Below, in pieces: positions 51,362-61,986 of a DNA stretch of 64,000 bases. Under the pieces are notes generated by a model that saw only the letters and a list, made by a program, of their open reading frames with translations, made no database searches and was not told the DNA's origin. The translations under genes and the position numbers were made by a program. Numbering within the stretch: the stretch's first letter is position 1; each line of letters starts with the position of its first letter. Origin of the DNA: an uncultured Methanolobus sp. (GTDB lineage: Archaea; Halobacteriota; Methanosarcinia; Methanosarcinales; Methanosarcinaceae); contig OY776215.1 of the NCBI GenBank assembly GCA_963675495.1, positions 1,408,001 through 1,472,000 on the forward strand, read 5' to 3'.

Positions 51362-53107
51362 ATGGACAAATACGAGCAGGTAATAGAACTGGCAAAACGT
51401 CGGGGATTTTTATGGAACTCTTTTGAACTTTATGGCGGAACCGCTGGATTTTACGATTACGGGCCCCTTGGAAGTACCCTAAAACGGAGAATCGAACAGA
51501 TATGGAGAGACACATATGTGGTCCAGGAAGGGTACATGGAGATCGAGGCACCAACTATTGGAATAGAAGAAGTATTCGTTGCATCCGGCCATGTTGGAGG
51601 ATTTTCAGATCCACTCTGTGAGTGTAAAAACTGTGGCGAGGCTTTCAGGGCAGACCATCTTGTGGACAAGATAGTAGCTGTTGCAGATGCACTCAGTAAC
51701 GAGGAACTTGACAGAGTTATCAGGGAAAACAACATAAGATGCCCTGAATGTGAAGGCGAACTTGGTGAACCATATGAATTCAACCTAATGTTCAAGACAG
51801 ACATAGGCCCAGGCTCCGGTAGACAGGGATACATGCGTCCTGAAACTGCACAGGGAATGTTCGTCGATTTCCTGAGACTTGCACGTTTTTACCGTGAAAA
51901 ACTCCCATTCGGTGCAACCCAGATTGGAAAATCATACCGTAATGAGATATCACCAAGACAGGGAGTCATCAGACTTCGAGAATTCACCCAGGCAGAAGCT
52001 GAGATATTCATTGACCCTAATGAGAAGAGACATTCCAACTTTAGCAGGTTTGCTGATACCGTGGTCAATCTCTATTCAGATGAAGCACAGGACAAGGGTG
52101 CAGTAGAGAAGATGACACTTGGTGAAGCTGTTGAGAATAGTATCATTGCACACGAATTCCTTGCTTATCAGATAGGACTTACCAATCATTTCCTTCAGCG
52201 CATAGGTGTTGCAGGTGACAAACTGAGATTCAGACAGCACAAGAAAGATGAGATGGCTCACTATGCTATTGACTGCTGGGATGCAGAGATCGAGACCGAC
52301 AGATTCGGATGGGTCGAAGTTGTCGGAATAGCAGACAGGACAGATTTTGACCTGAAGGCACATGCAGCAGTCAGCAAGACCGAACTTTCCATTTACAGAG
52401 AATATAGCGAACCTAAAATGGTTACCCAATTCGTAATCAAACCCAATATGGGCAAACTTGGACCACTCTTTAAAGGCAAGGCAAAAGCTGTGGCTGATGC
52501 ATTGAAGGCTCTGGGCCAGGAAGAGCTGGAACAGGACAACATCATAGTCATGGTTGACGGTGAAGAATTCACAGTTCCAAAAGATATCGTTGATTTTGCA
52601 GAAGAAACTGTAAAGATCAGCGGAGAGAACATCATCCCACACGTTATAGAACCTTCCTACGGCATTGACAGGATATTCTACTCTACAATGGAGCATGCTT
52701 TTGAAGAGGAGATGGTTGCCGGCAAAGAAGATTCCGAAGAAGAGGCAAGGATAGTGATGAGACTAAAGAAAGAGGTAGCTCCAGTACAGGTAGCCATCCT
52801 TCCACTCCTTACAAGAGAAGAACTCATCAATCCGGCAAAGGGCATTGAAGTACAGTTAAAACAGAAAGGACTGCTCGTATCATATGATGATTCCGGAACC
52901 ATCGGAAGACGTTACAGGAGAAACGATGAGATAGGTACGCCGTATTCTATCACCATCGACTACGATACACTTGAAGACAACACTGTGACCATAAGGGACA
53001 GGGACAGCATGAAACAGGTGCGTGCCCCAATTGAAGGAATAGCAGACCTTGTCTATGAAATGATTTACATGAACCGGGATTTTGAGAGTGCCGGAAAGGC
53101 ACTCTGA
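51362..53107 (+). CDS. glyS: glycine--tRNA ligase (alpha2 type)
   Basis: YDYGPLG, ASGHV..F.D, FNLMF, RPETAQG, RNEISPRQG..RLREF.QAE, EMAHYA, IEPSYG; start at ATG 51362. Confidence 0.97.
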   Translation: MDKYEQVIELAKRRGFLWNSFELYGGTAGFYDYGPLGSTLKRRIEQIWRDTYVVQEGYMEIEAPTIGIEEVFVASGHVGGFSDPLCECKNCGEAFRADHLVDKIVAVADALSNEELDRVIRENNIRCPECEGELGEPYEFNLMFKTDIGPGSGRQGYMRPETAQGMFVDFLRLARFYREKLPFGATQIGKSYRNEISPRQGVIRLREFTQAEAEIFIDPNEKRHSNFSRFADTVVNLYSDEAQDKGAVEKMTLGEAVENSIIAHEFLAYQIGLTNHFLQRIGVAGDKLRFRQHKKDEMAHYAIDCWDAEIETDRFGWVEVVGIADRTDFDLKAHAAVSKTELSIYREYSEPKMVTQFVIKPNMGKLGPLFKGKAKAVADALKALGQEELEQDNIIVMVDGEEFTVPKDIVDFAEETVKISGENIIPHVIEPSYGIDRIFYSTMEHAFEEEMVAGKEDSEEEARIVMRLKKEVAPVQVAILPLLTREELINPAKGIEVQLKQKGLLVSYDDSGTIGRRYRRNDEIGTPYSITIDYDTLEDNTVTIRDRDSMKQVRAPIEGIADLVYEMIYMNRDFESAGKAL

Positions 53108-53179
53108 ATACTTTCACCTTGCTTAGCTCAAGTTTAAAAGTGTAAAGAGTGTATATATGGCAAACCCAGAGCCATAAAT

Positions 53180-55447
53180 ATGCCAGAATATATCAAACAT
53201 CCTTTGATCAAAGCAGATGCCGTAGAGCAGCGACTGTATCAGCTTGACCTGGCAGGCAAGGCACTTGACACGTCCACACTGGTCGTACTTCCCACAGGCC
53301 TTGGCAAAACGATCATATCCCTGCTTGTAATGGCCTCCCGGCTTGAGAAATACGGCGGCAAAGTAATCGTGCTTTCACCTACAAAACCACTTGTTGAGCA
53401 GCATGCTTCTTTTTTCAAAAATGTTTTCAAACTTCCGGAAGAAGAGATTCTGACATTCACAGGCAGTGTGGGCCCAGCCAAAAGGGCAGACATGTGGAAA
53501 AAAGGAAAGGTTATCATTTCCACACCCCAGGTGATAGAAAATGACATACTGACAAAGAGAATAAGCCTTGATGACGTCACCCACATCACTTTTGATGAAG
53601 CTCACAGAGCCGTTGGCAATTACGCTTATACATACATCGCTGAAAAGTACTTTGAAACCGCAAAGAATCCCCTGTGCCTTGGAATTACGGCAAGTCCCGG
53701 AAGCAAAGATGAAAAGATAGCCGAGGTATGCGAGTCATTACATGTGGAATCAGTTGCTGTCAAAACAGAATCAGATAAAGATGTACTACCATACATACAT
53801 AAAAAAGAGATAGAATGGAAACGCATCAACCTGCCCGATGGCATGAAAGACATAAAGGATCTGCTTAACAAAGTGCTTGAGGACAGGTTCAAAAAACTCA
53901 CTGAGCATGGATACCCAATATACAACCAGAAATATGTCTCAAAAAAAGACCTTCTGGGTCTACAGGCAAAACTTCAGGGAGAATTAAGAGGCCTTCCCGA
54001 TTCTTCTGTCTACGGAGCAATATCAATACTCGCAGAGATCATGAAAGTGAACCATGCAGTCGAGATAGTAGAGACACAGGGCCTCGAATCACTGCGAATG
54101 TACATGGAAAGACTTGAAAATGAGGCTTACTCAAAAAGTGGTAGCAAGGCATCCAAACGTCTCGCTGAGGACCTTTACATCAGACAGGTAGCGCACCGGG
54201 TGAAAGACTGTGACCTTGAGCACCCCAAACTTGAGTATGTGAAGAGAATAGTTGTTGAAGAACTTGAGAACAAGCCACATTCCAGGGTGATAGTCTTCGC
54301 GAACTACCGCGACACTGCTGAGATGATCACAAATGAGCTCGCAGAGGTAGAAGGAATTCGTCCTGTGAGGTTTGTGGGTCAGGCATCGAAATACAAAGAT
54401 AAAGGCCTGACACAGAAGCAACAGGTAGAGATTATCGAACAGTTCAAGGCAGGAGATTATAACGTCCTTGTGGCAACTTCTGTTGCCGAGGAAGGACTTG
54501 ACATCCCATCCACAGATCTTGTCCTTTTTTACGAACCCATCCCTTCAGAGATAAGAAGCATCCAGAGGAAAGGCAGGACCGGAAGAAAGCACGAAGGACG
54601 TGTTGTCGTGCTGGTCACAAAGGGAACCCGAGATGAGGCATATTACTGGAGCAGCCTTTCCAGAGAAAAGAAGATGCAAAGCAATATGAAACAACTTCAG
54701 GAAGCTATGCCTGCAAGGAAAAATAATTCAATTACAAAGGAATTTGCAACTGACATACCTGATGAGGAACAGAAGACACTGTTCGAGTATGATGGTGAAA
54801 ACAAGAACATCAGAATAATCGTTGACCAGAGAGAGATACGCAGTTCAGTTGCCCGCAACCTTGACAGAAATGGTACTGAAATAATCGTTAAAACCCTTGA
54901 AGTCGGAGATTACATCCTTAGCGACCGCATAGCTGTTGAAAGGAAGGAGTCACAGGATTTTGTCAGTTCGCTCATAGATAAAAAACTCTTCGAGCAAATT
55001 GCGAATCTCTCCAGAGCGTATGAAAAACCAGTGCTTATCGTTGAAGGCGAAAGCCTGTTCAACTGCAGAGGAATAAATCCCAATGCAATTCATGGAACAT
55101 TGGCCTCAATATCCCTTGATTTCGGTGTTTCTTTATTCTACACCAGAGATGCAGAAGACACCGCAGCCCTCCTGTTACAGATAGCAAAACGTGAACAAGT
55201 AGATGAAAAAAGAGAAGTGAATATGCACGGGAAGAAATCTGCACTCATGTTGCCGCAACAACAGGAATATGTTATCTCATCGATATCAGACATTGGACCA
55301 AAGGCTGCGCGCAATCTGCTACAACATTTCAGCTCAGTAGAGAATATTATGAAAGCAGATTATGAAGAATTATTAAAAGTAGATAATATCGGACCAAAGA
55401 CCGCAGCCAAGATCAGAGAGATAGTTAGTAGCGAATATAAAAGATAA
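53180..55447 (+). CDS. hef: Hef helicase/ERCC4 nuclease (FANCM-like)
   Basis: PTGLGKT, DEAH, ATSVAEEGLD, QRKGRTGR; VDQRE, GDY, ERK; HhH2. Confidence 0.93.
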   Translation: MPEYIKHPLIKADAVEQRLYQLDLAGKALDTSTLVVLPTGLGKTIISLLVMASRLEKYGGKVIVLSPTKPLVEQHASFFKNVFKLPEEEILTFTGSVGPAKRADMWKKGKVIISTPQVIENDILTKRISLDDVTHITFDEAHRAVGNYAYTYIAEKYFETAKNPLCLGITASPGSKDEKIAEVCESLHVESVAVKTESDKDVLPYIHKKEIEWKRINLPDGMKDIKDLLNKVLEDRFKKLTEHGYPIYNQKYVSKKDLLGLQAKLQGELRGLPDSSVYGAISILAEIMKVNHAVEIVETQGLESLRMYMERLENEAYSKSGSKASKRLAEDLYIRQVAHRVKDCDLEHPKLEYVKRIVVEELENKPHSRVIVFANYRDTAEMITNELAEVEGIRPVRFVGQASKYKDKGLTQKQQVEIIEQFKAGDYNVLVATSVAEEGLDIPSTDLVLFYEPIPSEIRSIQRKGRTGRKHEGRVVVLVTKGTRDEAYYWSSLSREKKMQSNMKQLQEAMPARKNNSITKEFATDIPDEEQKTLFEYDGENKNIRIIVDQREIRSSVARNLDRNGTEIIVKTLEVGDYILSDRIAVERKESQDFVSSLIDKKLFEQIANLSRAYEKPVLIVEGESLFNCRGINPNAIHGTLASISLDFGVSLFYTRDAEDTAALLLQIAKREQVDEKREVNMHGKKSALMLPQQQEYVISSISDIGPKAARNLLQHFSSVENIMKADYEELLKVDNIGPKTAAKIREIVSSEYKR

Positions 55448-55485
55448 AAAAATAAAGAAATGATCAATTTGATCTTATATCCACA

Positions 55486-55962
55486 TTATAATAAGCCACG
55501 CATTTTGGCCACTGTATCCATACAACGGCCGATCATGTCAAGATAATCAGTGATTTTCCTGACATCTTTTTCATCCTGCATCTCACTTGCCAGAGATATC
55601 ATCTTTTTAATCATCAGGGACTCAAGTTCAGGAACAGATAGCTGTACCGGAGCAACGGCATTCACCGGTTTTTCTTCCTGCACATTTGGACATGGAGATT
55701 GGTCAGAGATTGCCGCAACTGGAGTTTCCTTTTCTTTTATAGAAGATGGGGCAGTCATTGGAGATGAAGAGGTATCTGCAGTTGGAGGTGCTTGCATGCC
55801 CCTGCGTGGGTCACGAATATCCTCACAAACCGGACAAAGGACACGCCCCTGATAACGGAAGAGAGGAGCACCACAATTATCACACTGTTGGGCCAGCATT
55901 GTACCGCCAATTTCAAGCATCTTAGATATTTTCACTACATTATCATCATTAGTATTTGACAT
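55486..55962 (-). CDS. UPF0148 / autoantigen p27-like Zn-ribbon protein
   Basis: GGTMLAQQCDNCGAPLFR..G...CPVC. Confidence 0.82.
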   Translation of the reverse strand: MSNTNDDNVVKISKMLEIGGTMLAQQCDNCGAPLFRYQGRVLCPVCEDIRDPRRGMQAPPTADTSSSPMTAPSSIKEKETPVAAISDQSPCPNVQEEKPVNAVAPVQLSVPELESLMIKKMISLASEMQDEKDVRKITDYLDMIGRCMDTVAKMRGLL

Positions 55963-56080
55963 TTTATCTCCTCGTTTTTCAAAACATATATAGCAATGAA
56001 AGTCTTTTTATAGAATATAATTATTTAGGAGTTAATTAAGCAATCTTATTTTGATTTCAAGGTTATCAAGGTGATCCTAC

Positions 56081-56347
56081 ATGTCAAATTTTGAACAAGT
56101 TATTGATGAGTGCAAGCAGAAATTAGAGTATATCGCAAACGATAATTCAGTACCAAGGAATATAAGACGTTCTGCAAATGAAATTCTGGATACATTAAGC
56201 AAAAAGGATGAACCTCTCTTTTTGAGAACATCATCCAGCATATCCATTCTTGAAGACATAAGCAACGACCCTAACATCCCGGTCCATACAAGGACGCTCA
56301 TATGGGATGTTGCAAGCCAGCTCGAGACCATACCGGTCGACGAGTAG
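56081..56347 (+). CDS. UPF0147 family protein
   Basis: [10 protein letters not shown]...[19 protein letters not shown]. Confidence 0.88.
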   Translation: MSNFEQVIDECKQKLEYIANDNSVPRNIRRSANEILDTLSKKDEPLFLRTSSSISILEDISNDPNIPVHTRTLIWDVASQLETIPVDE

Positions 56348-56512
56348 GCAAGTACAGGAAGTAATAATTATTATTTCCTTTTTTAATCTTTTTTGTTTCT
56401 TACCTTCATTATAACACTTGCAGTAATCTATTTTGCATACATAATTGTCCGTTTTCACGCAAGCTTTCGAAAAAGTGTTTATACAAGGCTGCGAATGAAC
56501 TAAAGGATTGTA

Positions 56513-57148
56513 ATGATCAATAAAATTGCCAGCAGGATCAAGGACAATTTCGAGGAAAAAGATAAAGCAAGAGAGAGTACTTTATCGATTTCCAGAGATG
56601 TCGTGCGCAATTGCAGGACTGCAATGTACAGCATACATAACAAGGATTTCGAAAAAGCCAGCTCACTTATTAAAAAGGCTGCAGAGATGCTTGGTAAAAT
56701 AGACACTTTGCTCCAAAATTATCCTGACATATATTTTGCCGGATTTCTGGAACATGCACAACAGGAATTTGTAGAATGTACGATAGTTTACGGAATTCTC
56801 AACAAGGATGAGGAGAATAAAGCCACATCCGGACCTGAAGAACTCGATGTAAGCGATGTGGCATACCTGAACGGACTTGGGGATGTGAGCGGGGAACTCA
56901 GAAGACATATACTTGACCTTATTAGAAAAGGAACTCCAGAAGATGGAGAATCCCACCTTCAGCTGATGGAAGATATCCATAATTGTCTTATGATGTTTGA
57001 TTATCCGGATGCTATGACACATGGACTTCGCCACAAAACGGATACGACAAGATCCATTATAGAAAGAACCCGGGGAGACCTTACAAACGCGATACGCCAG
57101 CAAAAACTGGAAAAAGCTATGAAGGACTTTGAAAATCGGATAAATTAA
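56513..57148 (+). CDS. translin/TRAX family protein
   Basis: D.ARE...SR, QQEFVE, YLNGLGDVSGELRR, LRHKTD. Confidence 0.82.
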   Translation: MINKIASRIKDNFEEKDKARESTLSISRDVVRNCRTAMYSIHNKDFEKASSLIKKAAEMLGKIDTLLQNYPDIYFAGFLEHAQQEFVECTIVYGILNKDEENKATSGPEELDVSDVAYLNGLGDVSGELRRHILDLIRKGTPEDGESHLQLMEDIHNCLMMFDYPDAMTHGLRHKTDTTRSIIERTRGDLTNAIRQQKLEKAMKDFENRIN

Positions 57149-57179
57149 ATTCATATTATTACTTTTACGAGGAAAATAC

Positions 57180-58799
57180 ATGAAATTCAATCCTGATGAT
57201 ATCAAGAAAGCAGCAAGCGAAGATTTTGACGCTGCGTGGAACACGGGGAAGGATTATATCAGTGAAACAAAACTGAATGATCAGTACCCACACATGACCC
57301 TCAAATACGGCAAACCGCACCCAGTATATGACACAATATCAAAACTTCGTGATGCGTACATGAGAATGGGATTTGAGGAAATGATGAACCCACTCATAGT
57401 AGATGAGAGAGAGGTTCACAAGCAATTCAGCCATGAGGCACTTGCTGTTCTTGACAGGTGCTTCTACCTTTCAGGACTTCCACGCCCCAATGTGGGAATA
57501 TCCGACGAACGTATCAGTAGTATCAGGCAAATTCTTGGTGATATCGATGATGAAGCCATTGAAACCATAAGGAAGATACTTCACGCATACAAGAAAGGAG
57601 ATGTGGAAGGAGACGACCTTGTTCCTGAGATCGCTGCCGGAATCAGTGTTTCTGATTCACTGATTGTTGAGATGATAGACCAGGTATTTCCCGAGTTCAA
57701 GGAACTCATACCCCAGGCAACAAAGAAGACACTTAGAAGTCACATGACATCAGGATGGTTCATCAGTCTTGCATCTGTCATCGAACGCGCAAATCCACCA
57801 TTCAATTTCTTCTCCATTGACCGTTGTTTCAGGAGAGAGCAAGCAGAAGATGCAGCACGTCTCATGACATACTACTCTGCATCCTGCGTCATAATGGATG
57901 AGAACGTAACCATAGACCATGGTAAAGCAGTTGCACAAGGTCTGTTATCTCAATTTGGTTTTGAAAAGTTCATGTTCAGACCTGACGAAAAGCGCAGCAA
58001 ATACTATGTACCTGACACACAGATAGAGGTCTTTGCCTATCATCCTAATCTGGTGGGTTCTAACACAAAATACTCCGATGGATGGATAGAGATAGCAACC
58101 TTTGGTATTTACTCGCCTACAGCCCTTTCACAGTACAATATACCCTGTCCTGTGATGAACCTCGGCCTTGGAGTTGAAAGACTGGCAATGATCCTCCACG
58201 ATGCGACTGACATCCGTTCACTTACTTACCCACAGATAACGCAATACTCTGAATGGAAGATGACCGATAATGAGCTTGCAAGGACGACATATGTGGAGAA
58301 TGTCCCTGAAACTGCCCAGGGCAAAGATATCGTAAAAGCAATTGTAGCGGTTTGTGAGGAATATGCGGCAACTCCAAGCCCATGTGAATTCCCTGCATGG
58401 GAAGGAACCATCAACGGAAAGACAGTAAAAGTGTCTGTCATCGAACCTGAGGAAGAGACAAAGCTCTGCGGACCTGCTGTGTTCAACGAAGTCGTTGCCT
58501 ATGAGAGTGACATTCTGGGAGTACCTGACAACAAGAAATGGAGAAAGGTACTTGAGAACCACTCCGCAAGAACAGGTGTCAGGTTCCTGGACGCATTTGC
58601 CTGCCAGGCTGCAAAGGATATCGAGGATGCCGTTACAAATGGTGAGAGTGAAGTTGAAACAAGGGTAAGGATAGTCAAGGTCCCTTCAGAGATCAACATT
58701 CGTCTTGAGCCTCTTGCACAGCGTTTCATTACCAGCAACAAAAAGAAGATAGACATTAGAGGACCTGTTTTTACAACCGTAAGAACAACTATTGAGTAG
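57180..58799 (+). CDS. sepS: O-phosphoserine--tRNA(Cys) ligase
   Basis: LDRCFYL.GLPRP, LRSHMTSGWF, SIDRCFRREQ, EIATFGIYSP, NLGLGVER, IDIRGPVF. Confidence 0.96.
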   Translation: MKFNPDDIKKAASEDFDAAWNTGKDYISETKLNDQYPHMTLKYGKPHPVYDTISKLRDAYMRMGFEEMMNPLIVDEREVHKQFSHEALAVLDRCFYLSGLPRPNVGISDERISSIRQILGDIDDEAIETIRKILHAYKKGDVEGDDLVPEIAAGISVSDSLIVEMIDQVFPEFKELIPQATKKTLRSHMTSGWFISLASVIERANPPFNFFSIDRCFRREQAEDAARLMTYYSASCVIMDENVTIDHGKAVAQGLLSQFGFEKFMFRPDEKRSKYYVPDTQIEVFAYHPNLVGSNTKYSDGWIEIATFGIYSPTALSQYNIPCPVMNLGLGVERLAMILHDATDIRSLTYPQITQYSEWKMTDNELARTTYVENVPETAQGKDIVKAIVAVCEEYAATPSPCEFPAWEGTINGKTVKVSVIEPEEETKLCGPAVFNEVVAYESDILGVPDNKKWRKVLENHSARTGVRFLDAFACQAAKDIEDAVTNGESEVETRVRIVKVPSEINIRLEPLAQRFITSNKKKIDIRGPVFTTVRTTIE

Positions 58800-58835
58800 A
58801 GTGAACTGAGTGAAATATTCGATGCTGGTGTCTGA

Positions 58836-59462
58836 ATGAACTCATGTAAATTCCCCAATATCGAATCACTTATGGACAATGGAGAGCCGGTGTGCATTAC
58901 ACTATCCGACGAGGATGCTGACACATCGGACCTTCTTTACTGCGAACTTATCCACAAAGCAAGACATGGAGAAGCATCCCTCATAAGTCATCAACGTTGC
59001 AGACCTGGGGATTACGTACTTGGGATCAGCGAGAACAGCCCTGCAGACTACTATTTGAAGTCAGGCAGATACAAAGATACTGAAGCCGCTGAAAAAGCAG
59101 CAAGCAATCTTCCCAGAATAAAAAAAGGATTTAAATCTTTAAGAATTGAGCCTTTGAAAGAGAACAAAGGAAAATTCGATGTACTTTTACTTTACTTAAA
59201 ACCGGAAAAGGCCATGAGGATAATACAGGCATATGCATATAATTATGGAGAAGGCATAACATCAAGATCCATCGGTGCTGCATCCATATGCGGAGATTGC
59301 ACAGCAAGACCACTTCACGAGGGAATTGGTATTTCTTATGGCTGCAAAGGTTCCAGAAAACATAGCATCTACGCTAATGAAGAAGTACCTTTAGGCATCG
59401 GCTGGGATTTAGTAAAAACAATAGAAGAGGGATTAAAAAATATCCCTGCAACATTTGAATGA
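58836..59462 (+). CDS. DUF169 family protein
   Basis: YCE....ARHG, C..G...LG, SICGDCTARP, SYGCKGSR. Confidence 0.8.
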   Translation: MNSCKFPNIESLMDNGEPVCITLSDEDADTSDLLYCELIHKARHGEASLISHQRCRPGDYVLGISENSPADYYLKSGRYKDTEAAEKAASNLPRIKKGFKSLRIEPLKENKGKFDVLLLYLKPEKAMRIIQAYAYNYGEGITSRSIGAASICGDCTARPLHEGIGISYGCKGSRKHSIYANEEVPLGIGWDLVKTIEEGLKNIPATFE

Positions 59463-59471
59463 GTTTTTGTC

Positions 59472-59861
59472 TTATCTGGCATTGTAAAGCGGAATCTCTT
59501 CCGCATCGACCTTTGTGGTTTCACCTATTCTGTTGTTCAGAACTTTACGCACACGTGCAATGCACTTTGGGTCAAGCTGCAACCTTAGGCATGTAGTCTC
59601 ACGTTCTTCATAGTAAAGTTCATTGCTCTGTGTTATTCGATGAGTTGATATCTGATGTTTGACCAATTTCGCAATTATCCCCATACTTCCGCCTGTGACA
59701 TCTTCGGGACTTGTGTGAGTAAGTAATAACATATCCCCTACACTTGAATGCAGAGCAGCCATGAAATTATACGGGTTTCTTATTTCAATAGTCAGAAGCC
59801 TGTTTTGCCTTAGATCAGATATAACACGCTCAGATATTCCCGTTAAAGCAACATATTCCAT
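59472..59861 (-). CDS. DUF473 family protein
   Basis: ALTGIS..VI.DL.....TIEIR...N; YEERE. Confidence 0.78.
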   Translation of the reverse strand: MEYVALTGISERVISDLRQNRLLTIEIRNPYNFMAALHSSVGDMLLLTHTSPEDVTGGSMGIIAKLVKHQISTHRITQSNELYYEERETTCLRLQLDPKCIARVRKVLNNRIGETTKVDAEEIPLYNAR

Positions 59862-59865
59862 ATCA

Positions 59866-60612
59866 TCACCCGTACATAGGGAACTCTTTTCTTGGTCCGG
59901 CAGGCTGTTCAGTTGTTCTTACATCCTCAGCGAGCCGTTGCATTTCTATTTCTATCTTCTCAGCCTGTTCGATGAGACCTTCGGTGTCTATCTTGAAATC
60001 ATATAGAAGATTCAATACATCAATTACCACTGCTGCAGCCCTTGGATCGGGATTCTGACTCATGGTTGAACCAAGGAGACTTATTGCGGGCATTTTGCTT
60101 ACAAAGCATTCCCCCATAATACTGCCTGATATGCCGGAAATTGTACCCATCTGGAAAAGCTCCACTTTGTCCTTTATCCTTTCAAGCATTTCAAGGGTGG
60201 TCGCGGCACCAAAGACCTTGTGGTCTTCGCTCATGGTTGCAATACCTGCCAGAGAGATGATTTCCTTAACATTGATAGACTGTGCCCACTCAAGAAGCGC
60301 CTTGCTTATATCATAGGCTACCACCGGATTGATAGGTATGTCTGAGACGATCATGACCATGTTGTGTTCTACACTTTCGTATATCCTCACAGGCATATTT
60401 ATAAGTCCTTCATAAAGAACCGCGATTGGCGGGAAATGTCTTGAATCAATGGACCCCATATATTCCATTTTCAATTCATCGATAATCTGCTGGCTTGCAA
60501 TATTGCCTACAAGACCAATGCCCGGAAAACCCTCGATCAAAATCGGGTTTTCTGATTTTATATCTGCGGTTATGATCTTTACATTGTTATTATCATAATC
60601 TGTTACTGCCAA
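59866..60612 (-). CDS. PAC2 family proteasome assembly chaperone (PbaA/B-like)
   Basis: EGFPGIGLVG, PVRIY, PDPRAAA, C-terminal HbYX-like MYG; TTG 60612 after GGTGA. Confidence 0.88.
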   Translation of the reverse strand: MAVTDYDNNNVKIITADIKSENPILIEGFPGIGLVGNIASQQIIDELKMEYMGSIDSRHFPPIAVLYEGLINMPVRIYESVEHNMVMIVSDIPINPVVAYDISKALLEWAQSINVKEIISLAGIATMSEDHKVFGAATTLEMLERIKDKVELFQMGTISGISGSIMGECFVSKMPAISLLGSTMSQNPDPRAAAVVIDVLNLLYDFKIDTEGLIEQAEKIEIEMQRLAEDVRTTEQPAGPRKEFPMYG

Positions 60613-60793
60613 ACTATCACCTTTCAAAAATATGACTTACTAAACTCCCTTATATTAATATAACAGCCAGCTTATAGATAAGAGCATCGTTTGCCGACAT
60701 GAATAAATCTGTATTGTGATGGTAAGAACCGATTTCTTTACTGCAGTTATAGTGTTTTTCGCTTAGCATATTACGCAGTTGACCCTACAACCC

Positions 60794-60857
60794 ATGTAAT
60801 GACTGAACAGTCACTCAATATGTTTAAATACTATTATATGTAATGACTGATTAGTCA
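60794..60857 (+). promoter_or_regulatory. two palindromic operators flanking a TATA box
   Basis: ATGTAATGACTGAACAGTCA (60794) and ATGTAATGACTGATTAGTCA (60838), with TTTAAATA at 60823-60830. Confidence 0.7.
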
Positions 60858-60903
60858 ATTTGGTTAACTCGAACAATCATATGCATAAACAAAAGGTGAA
60901 AAA

Positions 60904-60981
60904 ATGAACGATATAGTCGAAAAAGACGGTATCACAATGGAAATGAATGGAATGATCAGAGTAAAATCAATTGAATACTAA
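60904..60981 (+). other. 25-codon mini-ORF with SD (possible deleted-gene remnant)
   Basis: AGGTGA SD then MNDIVEKDGITMEMNGMIRVKSIEY*. Confidence 0.35.
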
Positions 60982-61004
60982 TTATAAATTAAGGGGTTTG
61001 CATT

Positions 61005-61958
61005 ATGACTAAGAATAAAAGATTTGGAAAGGAGGGCTGGACACCAGAGCGACTCGGTTCCCTCGCAGGCAAAACATATGTCATCACCGGTACAACTACC
61101 GGTACAGGATTTGAGGCAACGCGTGTGTTCCTGTCCAAAGGGGCAAAAGTGGTGATGCTGAATCGTAACGGAAATAAATCCGCTGCAGCCATTGCGAAAC
61201 TGAAACAGGAATTTGGTAGTAATGTTGACGTAACGTTCATTCACATGGATCTGTCAATGCTGGATTCAGTACGAAAAGCGGCAGCAGAAGTATTAGAAAA
61301 GGTTCCCCATATCGACGCGCTTATTTGCAATGCCGCTATCGCCCAGCTGGCTAAACGGGAGTTCACCATAGACGGCTTTGAATGTCATTTTGGTGTAAAC
61401 CATTACGGTCATTTCCTCCTGTGTGGATTACTCTTTGATCGAGTTGAAGAATCGAGAGGACGTATCGTGGTTGTGGGTAGTGCGGCGTATAAACTAGGCT
61501 TGAAGAAAATTCAGTTTGAAGATATCAATCTTGATAAAAATTACACTCCCTGGGATGCCTATGCTCATAGCAAACTAGCTGAGATGATGTCCGCCTATGA
61601 GTTGCAGCGCCGGGTGCAGGCTGCAGGCAAGAGTGTACAGGTTCAGGTTTGCCACCCAGGTGCGTCACGAACGGATCTGATCAAGGGTGAAAATGTCAGC
61701 CTATTCATGAAAATCCTTTGGAATCTATTCTTCTCTCCTATTGTCGCACAACCTGCAGAAAATGGTTCCTGGCCTGAAGTTATGTGTGCAACAGAAGATG
61801 GATTGGAGTTTCAAAAACTCTATGGTCCTACAAAAAGAGGAGAAACGGTTGGTCCGGTAGACGAATGTACGATTGCGGAGCTTGTACTGGATCAGGAAGT
61901 GGCAGCCAAACTCTGGACACTCTCTGAAGAAAATACCTCCTTTAGCTGGTCAGTGTAA
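61005..61958 (+). CDS. SDR oxidoreductase (retinol dehydrogenase/WWOX-like)
   Basis: ITGTTTGTG, MDLS, CNAAI, VNHYGHFLL, YAHSK, HPGAS.T. Confidence 0.9.
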   Translation: MTKNKRFGKEGWTPERLGSLAGKTYVITGTTTGTGFEATRVFLSKGAKVVMLNRNGNKSAAAIAKLKQEFGSNVDVTFIHMDLSMLDSVRKAAAEVLEKVPHIDALICNAAIAQLAKREFTIDGFECHFGVNHYGHFLLCGLLFDRVEESRGRIVVVGSAAYKLGLKKIQFEDINLDKNYTPWDAYAHSKLAEMMSAYELQRRVQAAGKSVQVQVCHPGASRTDLIKGENVSLFMKILWNLFFSPIVAQPAENGSWPEVMCATEDGLEFQKLYGPTKRGETVGPVDECTIAELVLDQEVAAKLWTLSEENTSFSWSV

Positions 61959-61986
61959 TTCGACATGAGAAGAAAGGTGATAAAAA

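Noticed and set aside
58797-58835. Pyrrolysine read-through of TAG stops (sepS, also 56347, 62781, 63354)
   Set aside because: The proteins appear complete at the TAG, and the extensions checked (sepS, UPF0147) are short with no recognisable domain
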